Origin: Leptogorgia sarmentosa
Taxonomy: Eukaryota
Length of the DNA: 64,000 nt
NCBI GenBank assembly: GCA_964658305.1
Contig: OZ210885.1
Location: 10,540,001-10,604,000 of the forward strand
Direction of reading: 5' to 3'
The translations under genes and the position numbers were made by a program. Each line of letters begins with the position of its first letter. Position 1 is the first letter of the stretch. Below the pieces are notes generated by a model. The model ran no database searches, was not told the origin of the DNA, and worked only from the letters and a program-made list of their open reading frames with translations. This document shows positions 62,601-64,000 of this stretch, piece by piece.

Positions 62601-63035
62601 GTTTCAATCCATGGTCGTTTCGTCCCATTTCTCAGCATTTTATATCTTCCGAGAAGGCTTTTAAAGTCTTACGCACAGATCTTGTCTTTGTTTGCCCTTT
62701 CCAAAGCTTTAAGAAGCTCCTTAAAGCTTTAAAAAGCTTCGGCTCTTCATGATAGTCCGCCATTTCTTTGAGATCAGTGATGACCACCCTTCGACGATTA
62801 CCTAACCCTAACCCATTAACCGGGTGCAAATAGCCGTGCGGAACTAGAAATACATATATGCAGCAACCCCTCGCCTTACTAACCAAATAATGCAACTATA
62901 TTTTTGGAACATGAAGTACTTTAAAGCCGCCTGAGGTTGTTGTCATGGCAACACGAACAGAAATTCGTATTTCTGAATTTTTTTGAAAACTATCAAAATA
63001 TCAGGTTTTATCTTGGTTTTATTGGTATTTTTGGA
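59625..63035 (+). repeat. Cluster of diverged local direct repeats
   Basis: gcaaacacaattg..gaacgtt..cgatatgtgacg at ~59650, ~59950 and ~61750; 59950-60440 resembles 61750-62200; 62195-62410 resembles 62843-63035. Confidence 0.75.
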
Positions 63036-63066
63036 CCAGCAACTGGTCCCCAAACGCTGCTAATCT

Positions 63067-63091
63067 TGTTGTTGTTGTTGTTGTTGTTGTT
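63067..63091. repeat. (TTG)n microsatellite
   Basis: About 8 TTG units. Confidence 0.9.
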
Positions 63092-64000
63092 AGGGACTGA
63101 TGCCTCTTTAAAAAACCCTAAGGCTCCGTCAATTCGCAAGAGACCGCCGTGAAACTTCACACAGTGATTCTAAGAGATATTCCCCAACGACTGACGGAGT
63201 TAGATTTTTGAGTTTTTGATTTTGAAGAAATTTACAAACGATTTTAACCTGTACCGTATCGGCCCGTACTTAATCGCAATTCACAATATTCAAAATTAGA
63301 TGCATAACTAAAGCAGGTTAAAACCGCTAAGACTTCGTCAGTTCGTATCACATCGCGACAATATTTTGCACAATGATTATCAGGGATATTCTCCATCGAC
63401 TGACGAAGTTAGATTTATGATGTTTAATTTGTAGGAGATTTAAAAGCAATTTTAGATTGTAGCGTAGAGTGCAAATCTTCATATCATTAATATTCATACA
63501 TCTCATTTTGACCTGCATTACTGAAAAATAGTTTCGCAAAGCGCACATGTATCTGCGAATGGCGAAGCAGAACTGACGGATGAGTCGTCGGAAAGCGCAA
63601 TCGGACATGCTAAAAAGTCCAGGTTGCCCTTAAATCTATCACTAAAGTATTGGTTTGCAAGCAATAAATGAACCTAAACTAAAGGTAAGGTACCCCTAAA
63701 TATGAAACTAATCGAACCCCAAAGCTAACGCACAAAATATTAAAACCTAGAACTATACTCAAACAGATTTCCTAAATCAGCATGCTGTCTTATCAAATAT
63801 GATGTTTAGTTAGTGTTGACTGTTCTCATATACAGCATTTCTCACCTTCCTCCTTCGACTCTTTTGTGAAAAATACGAGGAAATTCCTTGCAAAAAAAAC
63901 TTTCTTTGTGCCTCCAATATGCATAAAACTATGGCGTTATACTGAATATCGTGAGTGAGATTACCCAATATCACAAGTAAATGTCATTAAATTATTTAAT

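Noticed and set aside
62526..62895. Short ORFs near 62.6 kb as a gene
   Set aside because: No recognisable domain, and they lie between duplicated repeat blocks.

Overview
AT-rich eukaryotic genomic DNA with spliceosomal GT-AG introns. The repeat repertoire and protein family suggest an anthozoan cnidarian (inference only). The left 36 kb holds one complete, uninterrupted 16-exon gene on the minus strand (ATG 35941, TGA 684-686; 5139 nt, 1712 aa). I checked every junction for GT/AG and reading phase. It encodes an APAF-1-type STAND protein in which the CARD is replaced by a CXorf38/DUF4559-like HEPN domain with an intact RxxxxH motif (RNEWAH). This is followed by a coiled coil, NB-ARC, a helical domain and about 21 WD40 repeats, i.e. 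a probable sensor-switch-RNase immune or cell-death receptor. Its introns hold many MITEs (hAT-like, PIF/Harbinger-like, one with a 6-bp TSD), bipartite foldback elements, Penelope-like hammerhead-type remnants and a dead THAP domain. Upstream lies a ~14 kb non-coding mirror structure (39457-53674) with ~3.7 kb inverted arms, an internal 2.2 kb direct duplication and a hAT-like element at a breakpoint. Each arm carries a copy of a kappaB-like site cluster and a strong splice donor. The last 10 kb has no supportable protein-coding gene.
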